Part shown: positions 45,835 to 55,796 of the stretch, piece by piece | Numbering within the stretch: position 1 is the first letter of the stretch | Layout: each line of letters starts with the position of its first letter | Source: Candidatus Saccharimonadota bacterium | GTDB taxonomy: Bacteria; Patescibacteriota; Saccharimonadia; UBA4664 | DNA: 64,000 nt | Assembly (NCBI GenBank): GCA_019352195.1 | Contig: JACAFG010000005.1 | Location: 92,287-156,286 of the forward strand | Reading direction: 5' to 3' | Position numbers and translations under genes: made by a program | The notes under the pieces: model-generated | What the model was told of the DNA's origin: nothing | Database searches by the model: none | The model's input: the letters and a program-made list of their open reading frames with translations, nothing else

Positions 45835-46840
45835 TTTGAATCAGGACACTCTCCCGCAAACTGACACCATGAAGAAAGCACCCAAACTGTCGGATGCGGA
45901 GCGGTCAGAAATTGGCACACTTTTAAGTAAAAAAGTATTTACTTCGGGACATTGCCCGGGTATTGGGGCGCAGCCCCAATACCGTGTCCGACGAGATTAA
46001 GCGCAATAGTGTGTGGGATCGGTATGAGGTCGAGTCGGCGAAACGCAAAAGCTACTATGTGCGTAAATATGCCAAGTATCAGGGCAAGAAGATTCAGGAA
46101 AATATGGATCTGCGGTGGTACATCATCGTGCGGCTTCAGGCGCATTGGAACCCAGATGAAATTGCTGGAGCCATAAGCAGCTGTTTTACGCCTCCAAAAC
46201 TGCCATTTACGACTGGCTACGTTCCGAATGGGGCCAGCGTTACTGCCAGTTTCTGGACTCACAGCGACATCGCCCGCGCAAGCGCCAGAAGAAGGCGGTT
46301 CGTCCCATGATTACAGATAGGGTGAGCATTGTAGAACGGCCTTTGGGCGCCACAAATCGCACCCGGTATGGCCACTGGGAGGGTGACACGGTTGTGTCCG
46401 GAAAACGCACCGGTAGCACGGCGGCGTTGGTGGTGACCGTGGAGCGCAAAACACGGCTCGTGGCCGCGAGAACAATACCCGACTTGAGGCCGGCGAGCTT
46501 TAATAGCGCCATCCAGGACGTCCAGACTGGCGTAACAAAGATGCGCAGTCTGAGTTTAGACAACGGCATTGAGAACCGTTGGCACGGCCAGCTGAGCGTC
46601 CCAGCTTACTTGTGTGCTCCGTACTCCAGTTGGCAAAAAGGCAGTGTAGAAAATGCTAACAAAATGATACGGCGGTACCTGCCCAAGGGCCTGGATCTAG
46701 TCACCGTGACACCGACTCGCTTACAAGATATTATTTAGATAATTAGCAACAAACCCAGGAGGATCCTGGGGTATAAATCGGCCACACAAGTGGCCACAGA
46801 GAAAGGAATATTACGAGAGCAAGTGTCCTGATTGGGGGCT
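45835..46840 (+). mobile_element. IS30-family insertion sequence remnant (~1.0 kb) with imperfect terminal inverted repeats sharing AATCAGGACACT
   Basis: IR core at 45839-45850 and its reverse complement at 46822-46833. A transposase ORF lies between them. Confidence 0.65.
45869..46738 (+). pseudogene. IS30-family DDE transposase, split across three frames
   Basis: HTH segment LGRSPNTVSDEIKRN. WNPDEIAG. TAIYDWL ... HWEGDTV ... ERKTR ... DNGIEN ... SWQKGSVENANKMIRRYLPKG. Frame change at the A6 run near 45925-45935 and a second change near 46165-46175. Confidence 0.7.
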
Positions 46841-47174
46841 GAATGCAGCTTTTTTCGGGTGATATTGCAGCAACTACGTCGGCGTAGTCACTACGACTTA
46901 CAACCATGTCTTCTCCTCGGGCTAGGGACGGATTTGACGACACTTTGTCGTCAATGGGAACTGGGACGAGCGGGACTCTGTCTGGTGTCGGGGCACGTTG
47001 GGTGGACCCATTCTGCCGGGATGATGGGCGGCAGGCCGAGCACGTCGCGCAGGGGGCGGTCGATTCCTGTCCAGTCGGACAGTTTGGGACGGGACATGAA
47101 GACTCCAAGAGGTCGAAGGACGGCGATCAACGTGGAACTAGCGATATTATGAAATAACATATTAATAATTACAA

Positions 47175-48272
47175 CTAATCGTCGCTACCGGAGCCTATTT
47201 GGCCGTTGAGATAAGCTTCAATAAACAAATCGAGATTGCCGTCTAAGACGCCGGCGGCATCATTCGTTTCGGCCCCGGTGCGGACATCTTTGACCTTAGT
47301 GTAGGGATGGAGCACATAATTGCGGATTTGTTGGCCCCACTCGGCGGCTTTATCGGCACCGCGCAATTGGCCAAGTTCGGCGGCCTGTTCCGCTTCGAGG
47401 CGCGCCGCTAAACGGGCTTTCAGCACGGCCATGGCTTTGTCTTTGTTTTGTAGCTGTGAGCGCTCGTTTTGAATCGCCACCACCGTATTGGTCGGTATGT
47501 GGGTGATGCGGACAGCTGAATCAGTCGTGTTAACGCTTTGGCCGCCTTTGCCGCTCGAGCGATACACATCGATCCGCAAGTCTTTGGGGTCGAGTTCGAT
47601 ATCGGCGGTGCTGCGGTCGAGTTGAGGTAGTACCTCAACCAGCGCAAATGAAGTTTGGCGTAAATCGGCCGAATTAAATGGGCTTTGGCGAACTAGACGA
47701 TGAACGCCGGCTTCGCCTTTGAGTTTGCCAAAGGCAAACGGCCCGGAGATTTCAATAGTGGCGCTCTTAATTCCCGCTTCCTCACCAGGCGAGGTTGATA
47801 GAATTTCGGCGCTAAAATTCTGCGAGGTCGCCCATCGCACGTACATGCGTTGGAGCATTTCGGTCCAGTCTTGCGCGTCGGTACCGCCGGTACCGGCATG
47901 GAGCTCGATAATGGCGCCGGTCCGATCATGCGGGCCTGATAGCTTGAGCTCAAATTCGCGTGCTTCATAGTCGGTTTTGAGGCGCGAGTAGGTAGCTTCG
48001 GCGGTTTCGGCGTAGCCCGGGATATCGGTGACGCCAAATAATTCATCACTGACTTGGCTTTCGAGCGAGCGCCAACTTTCGACATGTTTCGTGAGTTCGG
48101 CGAGGCGCTGCGAAGTTTTAGCCGCGGCTTGAGGATCATTCCAAAAATCGGGCGCTTGGGTGGCCGCGCTGAGCTTGGCGATCTCGGTAGCGTCGGCAGG
48201 TATACCAAGTTTAGCGATGGCGGATTGAATTCGCTCCAACAGATCAGTGTAGCGGTGAATAAGGTCTTGCAT
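47175..48272 (-). CDS. prfB: peptide chain release factor 2 (uninterrupted ORF; no programmed +1 frameshift site)
   Basis: SPF tripeptide motif and GGQ (SSGKGGQSVNTTDSAVRITH). 365 aa in one frame. Confidence 0.88.
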   Translation of the reverse strand: MQDLIHRYTDLLERIQSAIAKLGIPADATEIAKLSAATQAPDFWNDPQAAAKTSQRLAELTKHVESWRSLESQVSDELFGVTDIPGYAETAEATYSRLKTDYEAREFELKLSGPHDRTGAIIELHAGTGGTDAQDWTEMLQRMYVRWATSQNFSAEILSTSPGEEAGIKSATIEISGPFAFGKLKGEAGVHRLVRQSPFNSADLRQTSFALVEVLPQLDRSTADIELDPKDLRIDVYRSSGKGGQSVNTTDSAVRITHIPTNTVVAIQNERSQLQNKDKAMAVLKARLAARLEAEQAAELGQLRGADKAAEWGQQIRNYVLHPYTKVKDVRTGAETNDAAGVLDGNLDLFIEAYLNGQIGSGSDD

Positions 48273-48289
48273 ACCTCTATTATACGGCT

Positions 48290-50620
48290 TTAGTTGCCAG
48301 GTGGGGTATTGCGACCGCTGGGGTTGGGCGTTGATGACGGGCTAGCCGCGTTAGCCGCGTCTTTGAGCAGTTGCTTAATACTATTGCCGAGGCTTGTCGC
48401 GGGCGACGGGGACGGAGACGGCGACGGGCTGGCCGTGGGAGCGGATGAGTTGCAGTGGTTGGTAGGTACTTTGTCCGTCGGGAAGACTTCGGCCGTGACT
48501 GCGGTGTCCCATGGATTGGCGAGTCCCCCACCGCTCGTGCAAACATTCGCTACGGTTACGCCAGCTGGGACGCTAAAAGTTTGGGGCGCGCCCGAACCAA
48601 CCACGGATTCCATGTAGTCGTGCCAAATGGGGGCGGCACCGGTGATACCGTCGACGTTTTGCATCGGAGTGTTATTGCTATTGCCGGCCCAAACGGCTGT
48701 GACAATGCCGGGTGTATAGCCAACGGTCCAGTTGTCGCGGAAGTCATTGGTAGTTCCGGTTTTGGCCGCCGCCGGAATTTCCACGCCGGTCGTTACATTG
48801 GTTAGGCGCAGTGGTGAGTTAAAGGGAAACTCTGGCTGGCGCGCGTGATTATCGCTCAAAATGTTCGTCATCATATAGGCATAGCGGGCATCAATGGCGT
48901 TGGGCGTGGCAGCAACCGCAGGTTTGGTTATGTTATTGCCGTAACGGTCGGCCACTTTCAGGGCGTAACGAGACGGGACTTTGGTCCCCCCGTTCGCAAT
49001 CGTGCCGTAAGCGGTAGCCATGTCGAGCGGTGTGACCTCACCTGCTCCAAGTACCAGGCTTAAACCATACTGGTTGGGACTCCCCAGGGTGGTAATGCCC
49101 ATCGCGGAGGCGGTTTTGAGGGTGCCAGGAATGCCGGCAAACTGCAGGGTTTTGACAGCCGGAATATTGAGCGAGTTATCCAACGCGGTTCGAACCGTAA
49201 CGGTGCCGTGGAAGCGCAAATCGTAGTTTTCGGGAATGTAGGTAGTGCCATCACCATTAGGCAGCACCATCGGCGCATCTAAAATAGTGGTGGCGCCGTT
49301 CCAGCCTTTGGCAAAGGCGGTGAGATAGGCAAAGGGTTTGAAACTAGAGCCTGGCTGTCGTAGTCCGTAGGCGGCAACGTTATATGCGCCCCAGCCAGGT
49401 GCGTTGTAATTGGCGCTGCCGACCATGGCCAAAATATCGCCGCTACCCGGCTCCATTGAAACTAAAGCGCCGTTGGTCAGATTGTGGGAGCCGAGTTTGC
49501 TGATCTGGGCGCTCACAATGCCTTCGGCTGTTTGCTCGTCTTTGAGGTCTAAGGTAGTGGTGACGGTGAGTCCGCCTTGTTTGACGGCTGTGTCACCGTA
49601 TTGTTTGGTGAGTTGATCAAGAACGTAAAATACAAACCAAGGCGCTTTGATGTCGTAGTTTTGGGCGTAAAACACAATTGGCTCTGCCTTGGCGGAAGCG
49701 GCCTGCTCGCGGGTAATTTGGCCGAGCGTCAGCATGCGGTCCAAAACAAAGTCGCGGCGTTGGGTGGCGGCGGTAAGGTCGACATTGGGATCGAGGCGGC
49801 TCGGCCCCAGTGGCAAGCCGGCTAGAAGCGCACTTTGTGACAAGCTCAGTTTGCTGGCGGGAGTATGAAAATAGGTTTGGGCAGCGGCTTCAATACCGTT
49901 GGCACCTTCGCCGTAGTAGGTTTCGTTAAGATACATCTCGAGGATTTGGTTTTTGCTATATCGCTGCTCTAGATTGGTCGCTAAAACGATTTCTTTAAAT
50001 TTGCGCGTAAACGATTTGTCACTTGATAGCAACGAGTTTTTGATGAGCTGCTGCGTGAGCGTTGAGCCGCCCTGAACTTCGCCGTGCTGGGTAACGTCAA
50101 CGAGGGCAGCGCGCGCCATACCGCGCCACGAGAAACCTGGCTCGCTGTAAAAATTGGGATCTTCGGCCGCTAGCGTGGCATTACGTAAGTTCATTGGTAG
50201 TGTACCCAGCGGATCAATGATAATGTGCTGTGCGCCGTAAGCCTCGTACAACACCTGTCCGTTGCGATCCAAAATGGTCGTACCAACCTGTTTTTTGGCC
50301 ATGAGCGCAGCCGGGCTCGACAGGTCGGTGGCGTAGAAGGCGTAGGTTGAGGCGGCGACGGTGAGACCGGCAATGGTGGCAGTAAGAATACCGGCCGCAA
50401 TAATTGCTAGATAAATCGCTCGGGCACGGTGATTCCAAAAGAAACGGTACAGACGACGCAGGAAGCGCTGCAAATCGGCTCCGGCCGCCGCCCCAAAGTC
50501 GCTGGCGGCTTTCCAGTCGTAGGCGGAGTCAATGCGTGGGGTCGGCAAACCAAGCGACAGCGTTTCGTAGAACGGCTGCTGCTGACGTTTTCGTAGTTTT
50601 TGTCGCTTGGATTTGGCCAT
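48290..50620 (-). CDS. class A penicillin-binding protein (glycosyltransferase GT51 + transpeptidase)
   Basis: N-terminal TM helix. GT51 motifs (AAEDPNFYSEPGFSW, GGSTLTQQL). Transpeptidase domain. Ser/Pro-rich C-terminal tail. Confidence 0.85.
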   Translation of the reverse strand: MAKSKRQKLRKRQQQPFYETLSLGLPTPRIDSAYDWKAASDFGAAAGADLQRFLRRLYRFFWNHRARAIYLAIIAAGILTATIAGLTVAASTYAFYATDLSSPAALMAKKQVGTTILDRNGQVLYEAYGAQHIIIDPLGTLPMNLRNATLAAEDPNFYSEPGFSWRGMARAALVDVTQHGEVQGGSTLTQQLIKNSLLSSDKSFTRKFKEIVLATNLEQRYSKNQILEMYLNETYYGEGANGIEAAAQTYFHTPASKLSLSQSALLAGLPLGPSRLDPNVDLTAATQRRDFVLDRMLTLGQITREQAASAKAEPIVFYAQNYDIKAPWFVFYVLDQLTKQYGDTAVKQGGLTVTTTLDLKDEQTAEGIVSAQISKLGSHNLTNGALVSMEPGSGDILAMVGSANYNAPGWGAYNVAAYGLRQPGSSFKPFAYLTAFAKGWNGATTILDAPMVLPNGDGTTYIPENYDLRFHGTVTVRTALDNSLNIPAVKTLQFAGIPGTLKTASAMGITTLGSPNQYGLSLVLGAGEVTPLDMATAYGTIANGGTKVPSRYALKVADRYGNNITKPAVAATPNAIDARYAYMMTNILSDNHARQPEFPFNSPLRLTNVTTGVEIPAAAKTGTTNDFRDNWTVGYTPGIVTAVWAGNSNNTPMQNVDGITGAAPIWHDYMESVVGSGAPQTFSVPAGVTVANVCTSGGGLANPWDTAVTAEVFPTDKVPTNHCNSSAPTASPSPSPSPSPATSLGNSIKQLLKDAANAASPSSTPNPSGRNTPPGN

Positions 50621-50736
50621 GAGGTATCCACGCTATGCCAGTGGCAAAGCACATTATCTGATAATTGTCACAATAGACAACCATTGTAGCTGGTGACTGG
50701 ACGATCTTACAAGAGCTGATGTCATAACTGAGAAAT

Positions 50737-53049
50737 TTATGAAGCGCGTGGTTTGGTAATCCGTTTACGCTTGGATCGTGCTGGTGCGGCGGTGAGCATG
50801 TCTTTGGCGACGGCCGCGGTGATGCTGGTGGGATCGGTGCCTTTGGGGATTTTGGCATTTTTGGTGCCATCAGTAATGTAGGGACCAAATCGGCCATTAA
50901 GCACTTGGATGCCGCCGTCAAAGGTGGCAATGTGCTTTTCGGCGTCGGCCTGTTTTTTGGTAGCAATCAGCTCTAGGGCTCGCTCCAGGGTGATAGTAAA
51001 GGGATCGTCAGGCTTAATTGAGACGTACGTCTTGCCAAACTGAACGTAGGGACCAAAGCGTCCGAGGTTGGCTTTAATGTCTTCACCATCAGGAGTTTGT
51101 CCCAGTGTGCGCGGCAGTTTGAACATTTCCAGCGCCTCGTCGAGGGTAACCTGGTCGATCTTCTTCCCGTTGGGCATGGGTGCAAACTTGGGCTTTTCGT
51201 CGTCTTCGGCGAGACCAATTTGGAGCATGGGGCCGAACCGACCCATGCGGGCGATGACGGGTTTACCGCTTTTGGGATCGGTGCCAATTTCGCGTGCGCC
51301 CGAAGCCGCCATGCGGTCAACGTCAGCGGCAGCCAAGACCGTCTCGTGAAATGGGCCGTAAAACTCGGCGATCATTTTGTTCCACGGCTGATGACCATCA
51401 GCAATTTCGTCGAACTCTTCTTCGACTTTTTTGGTGAATCCTGGGTCGACGACACCGCTAAAGTGAGCGACTAAAAAGTCATTTACGAGCATGCCGATGG
51501 CCGTTGGGAAAAGTTTGCCCTTATCGGCGCCATAATTTTCAGTGGTATCGATTTCCTTAACCGTGCCTTGTTCGAGGACAAATTGCTTAACGGGCCGCTG
51601 AGCGCCTTCGAGGTCGCCTTTTTCGATGTACTCGCGGTCTTGGATGGTAGAAATGGTCGGTGCGTAGGTCGATGGGCGACCAATGCCCATTTCTTCCAGC
51701 GCTTTGACGAGGCTGGCTTCGGTGTAGCGTGGCTTAGGACGAGTGTAGGTTTGCACGGCACGCATAATTTCAAGATCAAGGACGTCGCCTTTGGCAAGCG
51801 GCGGTAAAATCCCCTCTTCCTCGGTTTCTTCGTCGCTTTCTTGGGCCAAATAGAGTTTAAGGAAGCCGTCAAACTTAATCTGCTCGCCTTTGGCGATCAA
51901 CAGCTCAGAGCGTGTCGAAATGGCTATTTCGCCGGTGGTACGCTCAAGCTGGGCGTCGGCCATTTGAGACGCCACGGTACGTTTCCAAATGAGCTCATAT
52001 AAACGCTGCTCATTGCGCTCGCCACTAATGGTTGAGCGGGCAAATTGAGTCGGTCGAATGGCTTCGTGGGCCTCTTGGGCGCCGGCTGATTTGGTCGTAA
52101 ATTGGCGAAGCTGGTGGTAGCGGGCCCCAAATTCTTTGGTTATTTCGGCTTTGGAGGCTTCTATCGCTAGATCACTCAAGTGCACTGAGTCGGTACGCAT
52201 GTAGGTAATATGACCCTGCTCGTAGAGCCGTTGAGCCCCGCTCATGGTTTGGCGAACGCTAAAACTGAGTTTACGCGCCGCTTCTTGCTGCAACGTTGAA
52301 GTGGTAAACGGCGCGGCTGGTTTACGTGACGCGGGCTTGGTTTCGAGGCTTGAAACGCTAAATTTGGCACCGATGCAGTCGGTAACAAACTTGTGGGCAT
52401 CGTCGCTTTGGGCGAACTTCTGCGGCAGTTCTGCTTTAACCTTGCCGTCGCTGGCGCTAAATTCGGCGGAGATTTTGTAGCTGGCGCTGCCGGCAAAGTT
52501 TTCAATTTCGCGCTCGCGCTCAACAATAATTCGCACCGCGACACTTTGGACGCGGCCAGCGCTGAGGCCGGTTTGGATTTTGCGCCACAAAACTGGCGAA
52601 ATTTCGTAGCCAACGAGGCGATCGAGTACCCGCCTGGCTTGTTGGGCATCAACTAGATTTTGATCGACAAAGCGCGGGTTGGCGATGGCTTTTTTGATGG
52701 CAGTTTCGGTAATTTCGTGAAAGACAATGCGCTTGGTGGTTTTGGGATCGAGGCCGAGCGCTTGGCACAAATGCCAGCTAATAGCCTCCCCTTCGCGGTC
52801 TTCATCGGATGCTAGATAAACTTGGTCGGTGGCTTTGACGAGTTTCTTTAGTTCAGCAATGCGCTTCTTCTTGTCAGGGCTGACCTCGTAATCGGGCTCA
52901 AATTTGTGCTCAATATCAATGCCCATGCCGCTTTTGGGCAAGTCACGGACATGACCAAAGGAGGCCTCGACGATATAATCGGCGCCTAAAAATTTGCTGA
53001 TGGTTTTGCCCTTGGCCGGGCTCTCGACAATAACTAAAGATTTGCTCAT
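50737..53049 (-). CDS. topA: DNA topoisomerase I
   Basis: TOPRIM N-terminus MSKSLVIVESPAKGKTISKFLG. Type IA core. C-terminal zinc-ribbon-like and basic tail. Confidence 0.92.
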   Translation of the reverse strand: MSKSLVIVESPAKGKTISKFLGADYIVEASFGHVRDLPKSGMGIDIEHKFEPDYEVSPDKKKRIAELKKLVKATDQVYLASDEDREGEAISWHLCQALGLDPKTTKRIVFHEITETAIKKAIANPRFVDQNLVDAQQARRVLDRLVGYEISPVLWRKIQTGLSAGRVQSVAVRIIVEREREIENFAGSASYKISAEFSASDGKVKAELPQKFAQSDDAHKFVTDCIGAKFSVSSLETKPASRKPAAPFTTSTLQQEAARKLSFSVRQTMSGAQRLYEQGHITYMRTDSVHLSDLAIEASKAEITKEFGARYHQLRQFTTKSAGAQEAHEAIRPTQFARSTISGERNEQRLYELIWKRTVASQMADAQLERTTGEIAISTRSELLIAKGEQIKFDGFLKLYLAQESDEETEEEGILPPLAKGDVLDLEIMRAVQTYTRPKPRYTEASLVKALEEMGIGRPSTYAPTISTIQDREYIEKGDLEGAQRPVKQFVLEQGTVKEIDTTENYGADKGKLFPTAIGMLVNDFLVAHFSGVVDPGFTKKVEEEFDEIADGHQPWNKMIAEFYGPFHETVLAAADVDRMAASGAREIGTDPKSGKPVIARMGRFGPMLQIGLAEDDEKPKFAPMPNGKKIDQVTLDEALEMFKLPRTLGQTPDGEDIKANLGRFGPYVQFGKTYVSIKPDDPFTITLERALELIATKKQADAEKHIATFDGGIQVLNGRFGPYITDGTKNAKIPKGTDPTSITAAVAKDMLTAAPARSKRKRITKPRAS

Positions 53050-53204
53050 ATGGATGCAACCATAACAGCTCAGTCAAGTTTTAGGCTAGTCCTATGCATG
53101 TGGACAACTAGATTTGGGGAAGCAAAATGCTCCCGTGTCTTCTATATATGACAATGGCCCGCTCGATCCCGGTTAGGATCGAGCGGGCCACGGCGAACAG
53201 GTGG

Positions 53205-53477
53205 TCAGAACTGGGCCGGGGGCTCGGAAGTTTTGACTTTGAGGGCGTCGAGCTTCCGGGAGATTTCTTGCTGTTGGAGGTACAGGAGCTTGTTTTGCTC
53301 CGAGAGGCACCACAAGATGGTTCCTCCGATGGCGATGATAATGCCGCCAAGCATGGTAAATTGCGCGGTCAAGCCGGCACCACTCGTCGAGTCCACTAGG
53401 CCCAGGACAAAGATGCCGACGCCCAGTAGCGCGAAGAGGTTACCCATCCTTTTGATTCGGTCGAGATGATCAGTCAT
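53205..53477 (-). CDS. small two-TM membrane protein (GC-rich island 6)
   Basis: ORF with two hydrophobic helices and a C-terminal coiled segment. A perfect hairpin (53155-53195) lies downstream. Confidence 0.3.
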   Translation of the reverse strand: MTDHLDRIKRMGNLFALLGVGIFVLGLVDSTSGAGLTAQFTMLGGIIIAIGGTILWCLSEQNKLLYLQQQEISRKLDALKVKTSEPPAQF

Positions 53478-53499
53478 GGCAATGCTCCTGTCGGTGGCT

Positions 53500-54207
53500 T
53501 CAGCCCACGTTGGAATGATCGTCGATGAAGTTCGCCGACGCGGCTTTGCGCTGGGCGGTCACTATGGGCGTGAGCGTGCCAACCAAAAACGAGACGGTGG
53601 TGGCCGTGGGCAACTCGACACCCAGTTGGCGCGCGTAGTTGGCCGGGTTACTTCCGAGTATGATGCGCGCGCCGGACTGGCGGATGGTTTCGAGCAGCGC
53701 ATCGAGCGTTGAGCGCTCTAAGACGTTGGTGACAACATCGAAGGTAGCCGCGCTGACATCGTCGCCACGGTAGCCGACTGCGATGGGTCCGCTGTGGCGG
53801 TCGAGCGCCTCATGGACGAGCTTTATGACATGGTCGACGACGCTCTTTTTGAACTGGTGGATGATTCTCGGTCGGCTGGCAAACAAGTAGTTTTCCAGAC
53901 TGGCGCAGAGGTGGGCCAACTGGATGCGCTCGTACGCCGATTTGGCCGGATCGATCTGAAACGGCGCTTGGTCGTAACGCCGCAACTGGAGTAACCCGTG
54001 CGAGTTGAGATCTGCGTGGTCGTCGCTGGTTTCGATCTCCCAGCAGACGGTTTGAACCATGAGAGGTCTGCGGAGAGACCGCGGCACTTGATAGGCCAAG
54101 GCGGACCGGAGGTTGAACAATCCGGCGGCAAGGGCCTCACCGGAGGTGAGGCACTGCTCGACTTCGGTGATAAGCCGCGTGAGGATGGGAGCGTTCACTA
54201 AGGTCAT
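53500..54207 (-). CDS. hypothetical protein (GC-rich island 6)
   Basis: 235-aa ORF with no recognisable motif. Co-directional with the small membrane protein, 23 bp apart. Confidence 0.3.
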   Translation of the reverse strand: MTLVNAPILTRLITEVEQCLTSGEALAAGLFNLRSALAYQVPRSLRRPLMVQTVCWEIETSDDHADLNSHGLLQLRRYDQAPFQIDPAKSAYERIQLAHLCASLENYLFASRPRIIHQFKKSVVDHVIKLVHEALDRHSGPIAVGYRGDDVSAATFDVVTNVLERSTLDALLETIRQSGARIILGSNPANYARQLGVELPTATTVSFLVGTLTPIVTAQRKAASANFIDDHSNVG

Positions 54208-54519
54208 TTCAAATTTCTTTCGCTCGGGTACTCAGATGAGCACGGGTCGGGTAAAGTATTTATACCATCGGAGCCTACAACAAGCAATAGACAGACTCGT
54301 TTAAACATGCTACAATAGTTTCAATTGTTGATCGTGAACCGCTTTGATCCGCTGAAAGTGAATCGTTCATGACGGCGATTCATAACACGATCCGTTGCCT
54401 GGCGCGCCAAGCGTCAGCAGACATCATTCCACCAGCGAGCCGTAACTGGCTTGCCCGAGGCAGAAAATCCTTAGTGGACTGTATCCAGGTGACAGGTTCT
54501 AACAACTTAAGGAGTCCCT

Positions 54520-55740
54520 TTGTACGGAAACCAATCTAACGGCGGCCGCAGTGGCGGTAATCGTGTCTATTCTTCACGAAATCACCGTCAGCCCCAAGTA
54601 AAATCAATCGACCCCGCGCGCTTTATTAAAGCCGCTACGGCCATCAAAGAAGTCGAAGTTTACGACTCTAAAAATACCTTTGCCGACTTTGGCTTTTCGC
54701 CTCGTTTGGCGCAAAACATCATTTCGCAAGGCTACGTTACGCCAACCCCGATTCAAGATGGTGGTATCCCGGTCGTTATGTCGGGTCGCGACCTCATCGG
54801 ACTTGCCAACACCGGAACCGGTAAAACGGCGGCTTTCTTGCTGCCAATCATGCACCGCATGCTTAACGGTGAGGCTACTCGCACGCTCATCATGGTGCCT
54901 ACCCGCGAACTCGCGGTTCAAATTGAGGAAGAATTCCGCAAATTTGGCGCCGGTTTACCGTTGCGCTCAGCACTCGTTGTTGGTGGCGCGTCAATTGGTA
55001 AGCAGCTGGCGCAAATTGGTCGTCAGCCCCAGTTTATTATTGGTACCCCGGGACGACTAAAAGACTTGATCGAAAACTACGGTCTGAAGTTTGACGGTTT
55101 TAGCACGCTTGTGCTCGACGAAGCCGACCGCATGCTCGACATGGGCTTCATCCGCGACATTCGTTCGATTCTCGATCACTTCCCGCCCAATCGCCACACT
55201 TTGTTCTTGTCGGCTACCATCACGCCGGAAATCCAAGGTCTAACCTCAACCATCCTCAACAACCCTGAAACGATCAGTGTGCGTAAGGGTGAGACGAGCG
55301 ATCACGTGAACCAAGACGTTATTTACGTGGACGGCAAAGAAGCCAAGGAAGATAAATTGGCAGAACTGCTCAAAGACCCCGCTTTTACGAAAGTCTTGGT
55401 CTTTGGAGATACTAAGTGGGGCGTCCAGAAGCTGGCTGACCGTTTGGAGCAGCGCGGCTTTAAGGTTGCCGCAATCCACGGTAACAAGAGCCAACCACAG
55501 CGCCAGCGCGCACTCAACGACTTTAAGGCTGATCGCGTCCAAGCGCTGATTGCTACTGACGTGGCGGCTCGTGGTTTGGACATCCCGCAGGTTTCGCACG
55601 TGATCAACTTTGATCCGCCGAAGATCTACGAAGACTACGTTCACCGCATCGGCCGTACCGGCCGTGCCGGTCACCATGGTCACGCGCTCACGTTTGTGCC
55701 AACCCAGCGCAACGCGAGCCCAGTTCCCTACCGCCGTTAG
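54520..55740 (+). CDS. DEAD-box ATP-dependent RNA helicase
   Basis: Q-motif and motif I ANTGTGKTAAF. DEAD (VLDEADRMLDMGF). SAT. Motif VI HRIGRTGRAG. TG-extended TACAAT promoter and a long structured 5' UTR (54330-54519). Confidence 0.88.
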   Translation: MYGNQSNGGRSGGNRVYSSRNHRQPQVKSIDPARFIKAATAIKEVEVYDSKNTFADFGFSPRLAQNIISQGYVTPTPIQDGGIPVVMSGRDLIGLANTGTGKTAAFLLPIMHRMLNGEATRTLIMVPTRELAVQIEEEFRKFGAGLPLRSALVVGGASIGKQLAQIGRQPQFIIGTPGRLKDLIENYGLKFDGFSTLVLDEADRMLDMGFIRDIRSILDHFPPNRHTLFLSATITPEIQGLTSTILNNPETISVRKGETSDHVNQDVIYVDGKEAKEDKLAELLKDPAFTKVLVFGDTKWGVQKLADRLEQRGFKVAAIHGNKSQPQRQRALNDFKADRVQALIATDVAARGLDIPQVSHVINFDPPKIYEDYVHRIGRTGRAGHHGHALTFVPTQRNASPVPYRR

Positions 55741-55796
55741 TTCGTTGCGGTAACAAAAAAGAACCCCTTAGGGGGTTCTTTTTTGGTTGGCATGAG

